Of a DNA stretch of 26,196 nucleotides, positions 12,247-21,592 are shown piece by piece. The notes beneath the pieces are model-generated. The model saw only the letters and a list, made by a program, of their open reading frames with translations. It was not told where the DNA came from and did not search any database. A program made the position numbers and the translations under genes. The stretch comes from a virus (taxonomy: Duplodnaviria; Heunggongvirae; Uroviricota; Caudoviricetes): the IMG/VR virus record IMGVR_UViG_2874945390_000006, positions 1-26,196 of that record, one strand, 5' to 3'. Position 1 is the stretch's first letter. Every line of letters begins with the position of its first letter.

Positions 12247-13278
12247 ATGGGTACGGTGACGTTTGACTGTCGGATGTTTGTCAGTCTGTACCCGGAGTTT
12301 TCCACGGTGACACCGGAGCTACTGACGGCGGTGTTTAACCAGGCGACCGCGTTGTACCTGGATAACACGGACGACAGTCCGGTTACCGACCTGAAGGAGC
12401 GGGAACAGCTTCTGTTCCTGCTGGTTGCGCATCTGTGCGCATTGCGGGGGCTGGGAAACGGGAGAGACGGGCAGGCTGGTCTGGTGGGGCGTATCACCAG
12501 TGCGTCGGAAGGTTCTGTATCGGTATCGGTGGATAATAGCGGCAGTAATGATGCGTCGTGGTGGTATCTCCAGACCCCCTGGGGTGCTGACTACTGGCAG
12601 GCGACAGCGCCATACCGCTCAATGCAGTATCATTCCGGGGGGCACCTTCGCGATATCCGGGGCATTATTACCGGGGATACGGGAGGGGCGTCGATGGTAA
12701 ATAAAGTCACAGGTGGCAAACAGTTCCGGCAGACGCTGAAACAGGTTGCCGCGAACCTTTCATTGGGTAAAAAACTCAAAGTGGGTTTTCTTGAGGGAGC
12801 AACTTACCCTGACGGTACGTCAGTGGCTTATATTGCCGCAGTTCAGGAGTTTGGCGGAAGAGCGGTCATACCCGCCCGTGAGCAGACGCTCCACTTTCGC
12901 TATAACGAAAAAACGGGAGAAACCGGGCACCGCTTTGTCAAAGCCGGTAAAGGGAATTTTGTTCAGGATGTGGTTATTCCTGAGCACACGGTCACCATTC
13001 CCCCCCGTCCGTTCTTCCGTAAGATGATCGAACATAAAAGTCCCGAATGGGGCGAAAAAATGGCGACCTTATTACGGGCGAATGATTTTGATACTGCGAC
13101 CGCTCTGGTGTGTATGGGAGAACATATCAAAGGGCAGTTGCAGATGTCTGTTCGCGACTGGGAAAGTCCGCCCAACGCTGCATCCACTGCCCGGCAAAAG
13201 GGTTTTAACAACCCGCTTATTGAAACCGGACATATGATGGACAGCGTTGATTATTCTGTAGACGGGGGCAAAAAATGA
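12247..13278 (+). CDS. Head-tail connector-like protein (DUF4054-like N-terminal region fused to an HK97 gp10-like C-terminal region)
   Basis: 343 aa; N-terminal [38 protein letters not shown]... resembles DUF4054; C-terminal part (...[36 protein letters not shown]...) resembles gp10-family tail-completion proteins; Gly-rich linker between them. Confidence 0.4.
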   Translation: MGTVTFDCRMFVSLYPEFSTVTPELLTAVFNQATALYLDNTDDSPVTDLKEREQLLFLLVAHLCALRGLGNGRDGQAGLVGRITSASEGSVSVSVDNSGSNDASWWYLQTPWGADYWQATAPYRSMQYHSGGHLRDIRGIITGDTGGASMVNKVTGGKQFRQTLKQVAANLSLGKKLKVGFLEGATYPDGTSVAYIAAVQEFGGRAVIPAREQTLHFRYNEKTGETGHRFVKAGKGNFVQDVVIPEHTVTIPPRPFFRKMIEHKSPEWGEKMATLLRANDFDTATALVCMGEHIKGQLQMSVRDWESPPNAASTARQKGFNNPLIETGHMMDSVDYSVDGGKK

Positions 13279-13640
13279 ACTTTCACGGTATTGTTTCCGG
13301 CGCAGTACGTCGGGTAAATCCCTTTACAGACGCGCTGGTTTATCGTTCCCGCGGGAGTACACAGCAGGCAGATTATTCCCGCGTACCTGAGTATGAAGAT
13401 CCGGTTTCCGTCAGGGTGCAAAAGCAGGCTGTCACTCAGGCTGATTTACGTCATCTTGATAATCTTAACCAGCAGGGAGTTTTCGCCACATTGTATACCG
13501 ATGGTAACTGGTGCGGGCTTAACCGTGCCCGGCAACAGGGAGGCGATAAATTTGTTATTGGCGATGAAACGTGGCTGGTGATTGAGGTACCGGAAATCTG
13601 TCCTGACTGGACGAGGGTTATTGTATGCCTTCAGGTGTGA
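13275..13640 (+). CDS. Hypothetical phage head-tail joining protein
   Basis: 121-aa ORF overlapping neighbours in the usual ATGA style; position between connector and neck genes. Confidence 0.4.
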   Translation: MNFHGIVSGAVRRVNPFTDALVYRSRGSTQQADYSRVPEYEDPVSVRVQKQAVTQADLRHLDNLNQQGVFATLYTDGNWCGLNRARQQGGDKFVIGDETWLVIEVPEICPDWTRVIVCLQV

Positions 13641-14171
13641 CCCTCTCCGTTACGGAAAGCGCTCTTTATCAGGCCCTCGGTGATTATCTCCGGGGGCTTT
13701 TTTTCTGATGCCGGGATTGAACGAACGCAGCAGAACCAGGTCCCGATGCCTCAGGGGAATTTCATCACCATGACGGGCATTGATGTTACCGGATTATCCA
13801 CTGCGGTAGTGGCATATTCTGCGCCAGCGCAGGCTGGTGAGGGCTCTCAGCATATCACCCGTACCACAAAATGGCGTTGCCAGCTTGATTTCTACGGCCC
13901 TCACGCGGCAGATAACGCGCAGGTGCTGGCAACGCTTTTCCGGTCTGAATTTTCCGTACGGCTTTTCCGGCAGGGCGGTGGGCTGATTTCCCCGCTGTAT
14001 TGCTCAGAGCCCTTTAACACCACATTCCCCAACGGTCAGCAACAGTATGAACCGCGCTGGACGCTTGATATTCAGATGCAGATTAACCCTGTGGTCACAA
14101 CTTCCCTGATGTTTTTTGACAACGTGATCACCCGGACAACGGAGGCTGATAATGCCAATTCCACTCAGTAA
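13625..14171 (+). pseudogene. Neck/tail terminator-like structural gene interrupted by a +1 frameshift in a T7 homopolymer (13698-13704)
   Basis: ATG 13625 with RBS GAGGG 8 nt upstream gives [27 protein letters not shown] and stops at 13706-13708; the remainder of the protein (SDAGIERTQQNQVPMPQG..., track ORF 13680-14171) continues in the +1 frame. Removing one T from the run fuses the two. Confidence 0.5.
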
Positions 14172-15636
14172 AGATGTACAGATAAATCCCGGTGTGCTGG
14201 CTGTGGCGGGTAATGCCGTCGATCTTAACGGCCTGCTGTTGACCAGTAATCCGTTACTTCCGGTCGGCACTGTGGTTCCGTTTTCCTCTCCGGATGATGT
14301 GGCCGCGTATTTTGGTGCATTATCCGATGAGTACGCACGCGCTCAGCTTTATTTCCAGGGCTTCAAAAATGCCACCAGGACGCCGGGGCAATTGTTGTTT
14401 TCCCGTTTCAGTCCTGCCCCATCGGCGGCCTGGTTACGTAGCGGTTCGTTTAAGGGCGCGACTGTTGAACAGCTACAAAAACTTTCCGGCACGCTGATGC
14501 TGAGTATTAACGGGAAAAGCGTCAGCATTGAAGTGAATTTTAACGGTGTCGCCAGCTTCGCCGCTGCTGCAACGGCACTACAGACAGCGCTGACCGCAGC
14601 AGTGGCTACAGTGGTATTCGATACCACACAGAATGCTTTTGTCATTACTGTCGCCGGGGCGAAACCCGAGAGTACCACGATAACGTTCGGCAGTGGATCG
14701 GCAGCAGAACTCCTGAAGATGACCAGTAACACCGGTGCGGTGATATCCCGGGGCGCGCCTGTATCTGATGTCCCTGACACAATGGCAGCCATTAAGGCCG
14801 CTTCCCAGCAATGGGCGGGTTTTTCCACGGTATCTGAGGTCACTGACGAGCAACACCTGGCGTTTTCTGCATGGGCAAACGGGCAGGGCAAGCGTTACTT
14901 TTATGTGGCATGGACAACCAGCGGCAACGCCAGAGTAAAAGGCAGTACTGAACACATCGCTTACCAGATAATTGCTGTCAATAACTACAGCTCTGTTGTA
15001 CCTGTTTTCGCGACTGATGGTAACCGGGCTGCAGCGGTACTGGGGTATGCAGCGTGCCTTGATTTTGTCCGACCAGAGGGGCGTGTATCATTCAAGTTCC
15101 GCGAGTATGAGGGGCTGGCCGCTGATGTTACCAGTGGCAGCGATTATGATGCGCTGATCGCCGCAGGTTACAATTTCTACGGAAAATATGCGGAAAACAG
15201 TGTGGTGGAAGATTACTGGGCGGATGGCACTATTACCGGTGATTTTAAATGGCTGGACAGTTTCTGCGGGCAAATCTGGCTGAATGCCAGTTTGCAGGGG
15301 GCGGTGATCGCGTTATTCAAGTCAAACCAGACGATCCCCTACAACAATGAAGGGCGGGCGCTGGTTGCAGCGTCAATGAGTGACGTTATCCAGCAGTACA
15401 AACGCTGGGGAGGGATCCGTGAAGGGGGGACACTGACGGAGGCGCAGAAGAAACAGATTAACAATGTTGTGGGGGCAGATGTTTCTTCAACGTTGTTTGC
15501 CACCGGCTATTACCTGTATATCGGCGATATGCTTCCCTCTTTGCGGGCAACCCGTAGCAGTCCGTCCTGTACGCTCTGGTACTGTGACGGCGGTAGTATC
15601 CAGAAACTTGTTATTGCATCCACGGAGGTCCAGTAA
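14152..15636 (+). CDS. Contractile tail sheath protein (DUF3383-like)
   Basis: 494 aa, RBS GGAGG 8 nt upstream of ATG 14152; size and sequence character of phage sheath proteins; followed directly by a tube-sized gene. Confidence 0.7.
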   Translation: MPIPLSKDVQINPGVLAVAGNAVDLNGLLLTSNPLLPVGTVVPFSSPDDVAAYFGALSDEYARAQLYFQGFKNATRTPGQLLFSRFSPAPSAAWLRSGSFKGATVEQLQKLSGTLMLSINGKSVSIEVNFNGVASFAAAATALQTALTAAVATVVFDTTQNAFVITVAGAKPESTTITFGSGSAAELLKMTSNTGAVISRGAPVSDVPDTMAAIKAASQQWAGFSTVSEVTDEQHLAFSAWANGQGKRYFYVAWTTSGNARVKGSTEHIAYQIIAVNNYSSVVPVFATDGNRAAAVLGYAACLDFVRPEGRVSFKFREYEGLAADVTSGSDYDALIAAGYNFYGKYAENSVVEDYWADGTITGDFKWLDSFCGQIWLNASLQGAVIALFKSNQTIPYNNEGRALVAASMSDVIQQYKRWGGIREGGTLTEAQKKQINNVVGADVSSTLFATGYYLYIGDMLPSLRATRSSPSCTLWYCDGGSIQKLVIASTEVQ

Positions 15637-16083
15637 ATGTCGGGTAACAACAACACCATCACTGCGGCGGATGCCATTATCACGCTGACAGTGAATAATC
15701 TGTATCCCTCCGGCGTACGACTTCAGGGATTTGCAACAGATAACGTTTATGGCACCGATCCACTGGTACTGGCGGAAACTGCCCGCGGTATTGACGGTAA
15801 ACTGTCCGCGGGATTTGTGTACAGCAACATTATCCAGACGTTTCATATCATGCCGGATTCCCCCAGCCGGGATATTTTTGATACTTGGTTAACCACATCC
15901 CGGGCCAGTCGGGCTGTATTCCGTTGTAACGCTGTCGTCCTGCTTCCGGCGATTGGCCGTAAATATACCTGCGTGAATGGCGTACTCAAACAATGGAAAG
16001 CGCTGCCTGATGCAGCTCGTACGTTGCAGCCAGGGCAGGCGGTTATTGAGTGGGAAACCATTACTCCGGAGGTTTTTAACTGA
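15637..16083 (+). CDS. Tail tube protein
   Basis: 148 aa, GGAGG RBS, directly downstream of the sheath gene. Confidence 0.6.
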   Translation: MSGNNNTITAADAIITLTVNNLYPSGVRLQGFATDNVYGTDPLVLAETARGIDGKLSAGFVYSNIIQTFHIMPDSPSRDIFDTWLTTSRASRAVFRCNAVVLLPAIGRKYTCVNGVLKQWKALPDAARTLQPGQAVIEWETITPEVFN

Positions 16084-16487
16084 TGGCCCGTAAAGAGAAA
16101 TTTATCACTATTGAAGGTCAGGGACGGGATAAGGGCAAGGTATTTCATCTTACCGAAATGTCTGCCTCACAGGCGGAATGGTGGGCGATGCGTGCCATTA
16201 TGGCAATGGGGCGTGGTGGCGTGGAGTTACCGGATGATGTTCGTAGTCTGGGGATGGCTGCGCTTGCCCTTGAAGGGCTGAAAGCATTATCGAAAATTCC
16301 GCCTGATGAGGCGCGTCCGTTGATGGATGAAATGATGGACTGTGTGCAGTTTGTTCCCGATCCGAAAAAACGCAGCATCCGGAGACCGCTTGTTGAAGAG
16401 GATATTGAAGAAATCATTACCCGTCTTAATCTGCGTGCGGAGGTCTTTAAGCTGCATGTGGATTTTTTCGCTACCGTCGTCAGCTAG
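16083..16487 (+). CDS. Tail assembly chaperone (pre-tape-measure gene)
   Basis: 134-aa acidic protein between the tube and tape measure genes; ATG overlaps the tube stop. Confidence 0.45.
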   Translation: MARKEKFITIEGQGRDKGKVFHLTEMSASQAEWWAMRAIMAMGRGGVELPDDVRSLGMAALALEGLKALSKIPPDEARPLMDEMMDCVQFVPDPKKRSIRRPLVEEDIEEIITRLNLRAEVFKLHVDFFATVVS

Positions 16488-16528
16488 ATATCCCCCCGCG
16501 TTATCTCGACCCCGACAGACCGTTCGGG

Positions 16529-16711
16529 GTGGTGGATTACGTTAATGTTCCCCGTACCATTGCGACCGTTATCTCCTCCGGTAAGGCTTCAAAAGCTGAA
16601 CTGGATTCTGTCCTTGGTGTGCAGGACTTATGGGATCTGCTGGAAATAATTCATGTGGATGCCCATAACGAACAGGTGATACAGGAGAACAGAAATGGCG
16701 CAGGTACTTGA
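16529..16711 (+). CDS. Small hypothetical ORF preceding the tape measure gene (possible second chaperone component)
   Basis: 60-codon ORF with GTG start; overlaps the tape measure start by 17 nt; does not overlap the chaperone ORF. Confidence 0.3.
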   Translation: MVDYVNVPRTIATVISSGKASKAELDSVLGVQDLWDLLEIIHVDAHNEQVIQENRNGAGT

Positions 16712-16776
16712 TGAGCTTGTTCTGTCCCTCGGGATTGATGACAGGGACTTTACTGCCGGGGAACAGGCAGTACATG

Positions 16777-16779
16777 CTG
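16777..16779. repeat. 3-bp target-site duplication (CTG), left copy, of IS600 copy 2
   Basis: CTG immediately before the IS end at 16780 matches CTG at 18044-18046. Confidence 0.7.
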
Positions 16780-16822
16780 TGAGGTGTACTGGCAATAGCG
16801 GACACTACCATTTGTTCTTTTT

Positions 16823-17641
16823 TTAAGCAGCCATCTGATGATATTTTTCCCTGAAGGCTGCCGGGGAGATATTCCCCAGACGAGAGTGACGACGCTGACG
16901 ATTGTAGAAAATCTCAATGTATTCCCGTATTACTGAGATGGCTTCATCCCGGTTATTAAAACGATAGTGGCTCAGGCTCTCATTTTTCAGCGTTCCCCAG
17001 AAGCTTTCCATCGGAGCGTTGTCGTAACAGTTACCTTTACGCGACATTGATGTTTTCAGACCAAACTGCTCCTGTATGACCCGGTAATCGTATGCGCAGT
17101 ACTGTGAACCTCGATCAGAGTGGTGGATTAGCCCGGCAGGTGGGCGCTGGCTCCTGAGCGCCATAAACAGGGCTTTACCTGTCAGCTCTTTTGTCATGCG
17201 CTCTCCCATGGCGTAGCCGACAATTTCGCACGTATAAACATCTTTGATGCCAGCGAGGTACAACCATCCCTCCTGTGTGGCAACATACGTCAGGTCCGCC
17301 ACCCAGACCTGATTTGGTGCTGTAGGAGCGAACGTCTGGTTCAGCAGATTTGGCGCAACTGGCAGATTGTGGTTCGGGTTCGTAGTCGCTCTGAACTTGC
17401 GTTTCTGCTTACAGCGTAGCCTTAGCTCCTTACGAAGACGTGCCAGTCGGTCACGACCAACGATGATGCCATTCTCTGCCAGCTCCGTCTGGAGCCGCCG
17501 GGTTCCATATGTTTCGCGAGTGCGGATATGTGCCACCTTAATCTCCAGTTTTAGCCGCTCATCACTTTGTTTTCTGTCTGAGGGTTCATGCTGTACCCAG
17601 TTGTAATAACCGCTCCTGGATACACCAAATACCTGACACAT
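16823..17641 (-). CDS. IS600 OrfB (transposase catalytic part)
   Basis: 272 aa, near-identical to the copy 1 OrfB (I/R, E/A and T/A differences). Confidence 0.85.
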   Translation of the reverse strand: MCQVFGVSRSGYYNWVQHEPSDRKQSDERLKLEIKVAHIRTRETYGTRRLQTELAENGIIVGRDRLARLRKELRLRCKQKRKFRATTNPNHNLPVAPNLLNQTFAPTAPNQVWVADLTYVATQEGWLYLAGIKDVYTCEIVGYAMGERMTKELTGKALFMALRSQRPPAGLIHHSDRGSQYCAYDYRVIQEQFGLKTSMSRKGNCYDNAPMESFWGTLKNESLSHYRFNNRDEAISVIREYIEIFYNRQRRHSRLGNISPAAFREKYHQMAA

Positions 17642-17676
17642 CGCTTCAACAGGGAATTGTTGTCGCCATTGTTCGA

Positions 17677-17979
17677 CTAACGCGTATTTTTCAGCGACTC
17701 CTGTGCAAAATACGCTGTTGCTTTTTTTAATATATCTCGCTCAAGGCGAGCTTCATTTAACGCCTTACGCAGTTGCAGAATTTCAGATTCCAGTTCAGCC
17801 ACCGTGCGGGAACCAGGAGTACCGAGCCCTTTTCTGGCGGCGGTAACCCATTGTCCTAAAGTGCCTTCAGGAAGGGATAATCGGGAAGCGCCTTCACTGA
17901 TCGAAAGTTGATTTTCAAGAACCGTTCTGACAGCTTCGGCTTTGAACTCTTTAGAGTAACGTTGGGTTTTTCTGCTCAT
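17677..17979 (-). CDS. IS600 OrfA
   Basis: 100 aa, identical to the copy 1 OrfA; T7 run 17722-17728 is the reverse complement of the slippery A7. Confidence 0.85.
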   Translation of the reverse strand: MSRKTQRYSKEFKAEAVRTVLENQLSISEGASRLSLPEGTLGQWVTAARKGLGTPGSRTVAELESEILQLRKALNEARLERDILKKATAYFAQESLKNTR

Positions 17980-18043
17980 TATTAGCTCCTTCTGATGCCA
18001 TTCTATTTCAGGAAGGAGTGTCCGTTAAACTCAGGCTACCTCA

Positions 18044-18046
18044 CTG
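18044..18046. repeat. 3-bp target-site duplication (CTG), right copy, of IS600 copy 2
   Basis: See left copy at 16777-16779. Confidence 0.7.
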
Positions 18047-19979
18047 CCCTTAACCGGCTCACGACGGTGATGGAAGGTGTCGCTGACACATTCAGTCAGG
18101 GACAGAAGAAAACCAGTGAATCACTGGAAAAAACCGGAAAAGATGCTGATAAAACGGCCCGTCGAATGGAAGATGCCGGGAAACGGGCGTCCCGTTTTTT
18201 TTCAGGGATCCGTAGCGAGATTCTGGCTCTTGCGGGTGTCAGTCTGACGCTGGGGGGGCTGAAGAACCTGGTAACAGGTTTTGCCCGTGATCTGAACCGT
18301 CTGTCCGTGGAATCTGATGCTTTTGGCATGAAGGCCAGAAATCTGGACGGATGGTTACGGGCTGCGCGGGCAAATAATGTTGATGAAGGGGAAATGTCTG
18401 GGGCATTTTCCCGGCTTGCAAATGCAAAAGCGGCCTTCAGAGCCGGAAGGTCCTTTGATCCTGTGTTACAGGATTTGTTTCAGGTTGCAGCCAGGGCGGG
18501 CATTAGTGTTGATTTAAATACTGACAGCACTGAAGCCATCATGCGCAAGCTGGCGGTTATTTTTCCGCGACTGACAAAGTCCGAACAAACTGCCTACGGC
18601 AACGCGCTGGGCTTCAGTTATGCCGGACAGCAGTTTCTTGGCTCCGGTCATGCGCTGAAAGATGTGGACGAATTTACTTCCCGTTCGCAGGTTACGCCGG
18701 AGCGTATAGCGCTGGCCCGTAAGCTACGAAAAGAGCTTGTTGAGCTCGAACAGACCTGGTCCGGCATCGGGATGACGATTAGCACCGCGTTGATGCCGTA
18801 CGCGCTGAAGCTCAGCCACTGGCTGGAGACACTCGGTGACTGGATGCAGCAACATCCGGAGGAAGTGAACAGGTTTATCACCACATTTCTGAATGACGTT
18901 GAGTCAGTGGCCTCCCTGGCGAATAAGGCTGCCGGAGAACTGGGGGGCTGGCAGAATGTCATTATTACGCTGATCGGGCTGAAAGTGGCGTCATGGGTGC
19001 GGGGGCTGACAAAAGCCCTCAGTGGCCCCGGAGGCCTTCTTTTTGCGATAACGGCGCTTTACCCGGTTGTTGACGGATTACTGACATCCATTGTTGGCAG
19101 GGAAAATAAGGACTGGCTGGATTCACATGGTTTTTTCTGGGCTTCAGACGGGACTTTCTTTTTCAATAAGAAAGAGATGGAGACGTATCAGACAAAACTG
19201 GATGCCGGAGAAAAGCCTGGCAACATCACCCGGGCACAATCACCCACAGTATGGCAGCAGGGCATGCTGGATACTCAGGCTTCTCAGGCAACCGGGAGGG
19301 AAGCAGCCTTCGGTGAATCCTGGCTACAGGGTATGCGTGCGACGCAGGAAAAACTCGGTAATGCCATGCAAAACCGCCAGCGACCGACGAAGACCGGGGA
19401 AGCCCTGTTAGGCTGGCTGCAACCGAAACTGTCTCAACTGGAGGAAAAATATAACCTGCCGCCCGGACTGCTGCGCAGCGTTGCGATCACCGAATCCCGT
19501 GGTAATCAGTTTGCCGTCTCACCTGCTGGTGCGATGGGACTGTTTCAGTTCATGCCGAAGACGGCCAGTGAATTTGGTCTGAGGGGGAACGATGCCTTTG
19601 ATCCCGAAAAAGCCGCTGATGCCGCCGCGAGAAAACTTGGTGGCCTGATACGTTTTTTTCATGGCGATCTGGCTAAGGCTCTGGCGGCATATAACTGGGG
19701 AGAGGGAAATGTTCAGCGTAAGGGACTGGCTGCTGCTCCGGAGGAGACCCGCAACTATATTCCGCGGGTGCTGGCGAACCTGCCTTATCCGGGTGCGGCA
19801 ATGGCCATACGGTCGCGCCATCCTGCGCCTGTATCGCAGTCCACCGTAACGGAAACCACGCATATCGGGACACTGAATGTCACCACAACGTCGGACAATG
19901 TGAAGGGTATTACCGATGACGCACGTCGGCGTATCACGAATTCGGCGCTTGTGTCGGTTTATTCCAGCGGGGTAACAGG

Positions 19980-20430
19980 ATGAGTTTTTCTTTCGATAAT
20001 ATTTCCCTGAATAACTTTTCGCTCAGTGAAAGTAACGTACTGAGTGCAGTTCGTGGCGGCGGTGTCCTGGGACTCATTAACAGTGTACTGGCACCGTCAT
20101 TCGGTATTTATTACGCACGGAATGATCCGGCAGGTGCCCATCAGAAGGGTGGCAAACCTTTCTCCCCGGATTCTTTTGTTGTCGTTGAGGTGGGCGCGGA
20201 GGCTTCTGTTTCCACCGTCCCCGTGGAGCAGGGGGCTTATACCACCTTTAATAAAATCCAGAGATCGCCGGAACTGCATGTGACTTTCACTGTAGAGGGG
20301 TGGACGGCCTTTTCCGGATCCGTCCCGAACCTGACAAATTTTTCCACCACCTCGCGGACGAATGTGCTGGAAACGCTTGAAAGGATGCGTACCACGGCAG
20401 GACTCTACGATATTGAGACGCCGGACAAGA
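19980..20430 (+). pseudogene. Tail-associated protein gene following the tape measure gene, 3' end replaced by the IS66-family element
   Basis: ATG 19980 overlaps the tape measure stop (ATGA); the ORF runs into the IS inverted repeat at 20431 and terminates inside it (track ORF 19980-20459). Confidence 0.45.
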
Positions 20431-20512
20431 GTAAGCGCCCCATCAGCGACGTCTTGTGAAAATTGTCCTGTCTGGCAACAATCGCGCCCATCTATATAGA
20501 TGGACACGAACG

Positions 20513-21187
20513 ATGAATTCCCAGACAAAAAAAGATATTCCCTGCTTCCGTTCTTATTTGCCTGATGCCCTGCGTTTAAGATTTGAAGATAAACTGACCA
20601 TCCGGGCCATCGCTCAGCGTCTGGGTCTCAGTCATTCCACAATACATACGCTTTTTCAGCGATTTCTTGCATCCGGTATCGCATGGCCATTGCCCGATTC
20701 AGTTTCATTCGCTCAACTTGACGCCATCCTTTATGCCAACAGAAAGAAGGAATTAACAGAGCCTCAAATCAGAGAAGGCTCATGGCGAAAAGAACGGCGA
20801 ACCAGCTATAGCCGTGAATTTAAGGTCCGTCTGGCTAAGCAGGCGTTACAGCCTGGGGCTGTTGTTGCCCGGATCGCCAGAGAACACGATATCAATAATA
20901 ACCTGCTGTTTAAATGGAAAAGCCAGTACGAGGACGGCTTACTGAGCGATGATGACATACAGGAATGCATGCCTGTCCCGGTGGCACTGACTGATACGCC
21001 GGAGCCGACCAGACCAGTTACAAATCCCTTCTGGCGTAACAAGCATGATGAGCGCCCTGAGGGGGCTCCCGGAAACGTCCCACGGTGCGAGCTGCATCTT
21101 AAATCAGGTGTGGTAAAACTGTTTGACCCTCTCACTCCGGAACTGTTACGGGCGCTAATCCGCGAAATGAAAGGGGGTATCCGATGA
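20513..21187 (+). CDS. IS66-family TnpA (Orf1, HTH accessory protein)
   Basis: Start at ATG 20513 (MNSQTKK...); contains ...RRTSYSREFKVRLAKQALQPGAVVARIAREHDINNNLLFKWKSQYEDG typical of IS66 Orf1. The track ORF begins at 20456, inside the inverted repeat. Confidence 0.7.
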   Translation: MNSQTKKDIPCFRSYLPDALRLRFEDKLTIRAIAQRLGLSHSTIHTLFQRFLASGIAWPLPDSVSFAQLDAILYANRKKELTEPQIREGSWRKERRTSYSREFKVRLAKQALQPGAVVARIAREHDINNNLLFKWKSQYEDGLLSDDDIQECMPVPVALTDTPEPTRPVTNPFWRNKHDERPEGAPGNVPRCELHLKSGVVKLFDPLTPELLRALIREMKGGIR

Positions 21188-21531
21188 TAACGCTGCCGAC
21201 CGGTACCAAAATCTGGATCATCGCTGGCATCACAGATATGCGTTGTGGCTTCAATGGCCTGGCTTCGAAGGTGCAGAACACGCTGAAAGATGACCCGTTC
21301 TCCGGGCATATCTTCGTCTTCCGGGGCCGCAGTGGCAAAATGGTGAAAATACTGTGGGCCGATCGTGACGGGTTATGCCTGTTCGCCAAACGCCTGGAAC
21401 GGGGCCGCTTCGTCTGGCCGGTGACCCGGGAAGGGAAAGTGCACCTGACGCCAGCTCAGTTATCCATGCTACTGGAGGGGATCGCGTGGCAACATCCCAA
21501 ACGGACAGAACGGCCTGGCATCCGGATATAA
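21184..21531 (+). CDS. IS66-family TnpB (Orf2)
   Basis: 115 aa, MITLPTGTKIWIIAGITDMRCGFNGL...ILWADRDGLCLFAKRLERGRFVWP, the conserved IS66 Orf2 family. Confidence 0.85.
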   Translation: MITLPTGTKIWIIAGITDMRCGFNGLASKVQNTLKDDPFSGHIFVFRGRSGKMVKILWADRDGLCLFAKRLERGRFVWPVTREGKVHLTPAQLSMLLEGIAWQHPKRTERPGIRI

Positions 21532-21592
21532 CCCGTGATAAAACAAGGGAATGAACAATTAACTCCCCGATGATATTGAGCTGCTTAAAGCC

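Larger units (their letters stand above)
16780..18043 (-). mobile_element. IS600 (IS3 family), copy 2, inverted relative to copy 1, simple insertion
   Basis: 1264 bp with the same termini as copy 1 in reverse complement; flanked by direct CTG repeats; differs from copy 1 by at least three nonsynonymous substitutions in orfB. Confidence 0.85.
16695..19983 (+). pseudogene. Tail tape measure protein with C-terminal lytic transglycosylase (SLT) domain, interrupted by IS600 copy 2
   Basis: ATG 16695 (RBS AGGAGA) encodes MAQVLDELVLSLGIDDRDFTAGEQAVHA up to 16779; after the IS the same frame resumes as ALNRLTTVMEGVADTFSQ... to the stop at 19983. SLT motifs ...AITESRGNQFAVSPAGAMGLFQFMP...AAYNWGEGNV are present. 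Confidence 0.8.

Noticed and set aside
16510-16529. Hairpin CCCCGA-N8-TCGGGG downstream of the chaperone gene as a possible intrinsic terminator
   Set aside because: The 6-bp stem is followed by TGGTGG rather than a T-run, and it sits within a tightly packed operon just upstream of the tape measure start.
16083-16711. Programmed -1 frameshift (G/GT-like) between the tail chaperone ORF and the small ORF before the tape measure gene
   Set aside because: The two ORFs do not overlap (stop at 16487, next start 16529) and no slippery heptamer lies at the end of the first ORF.
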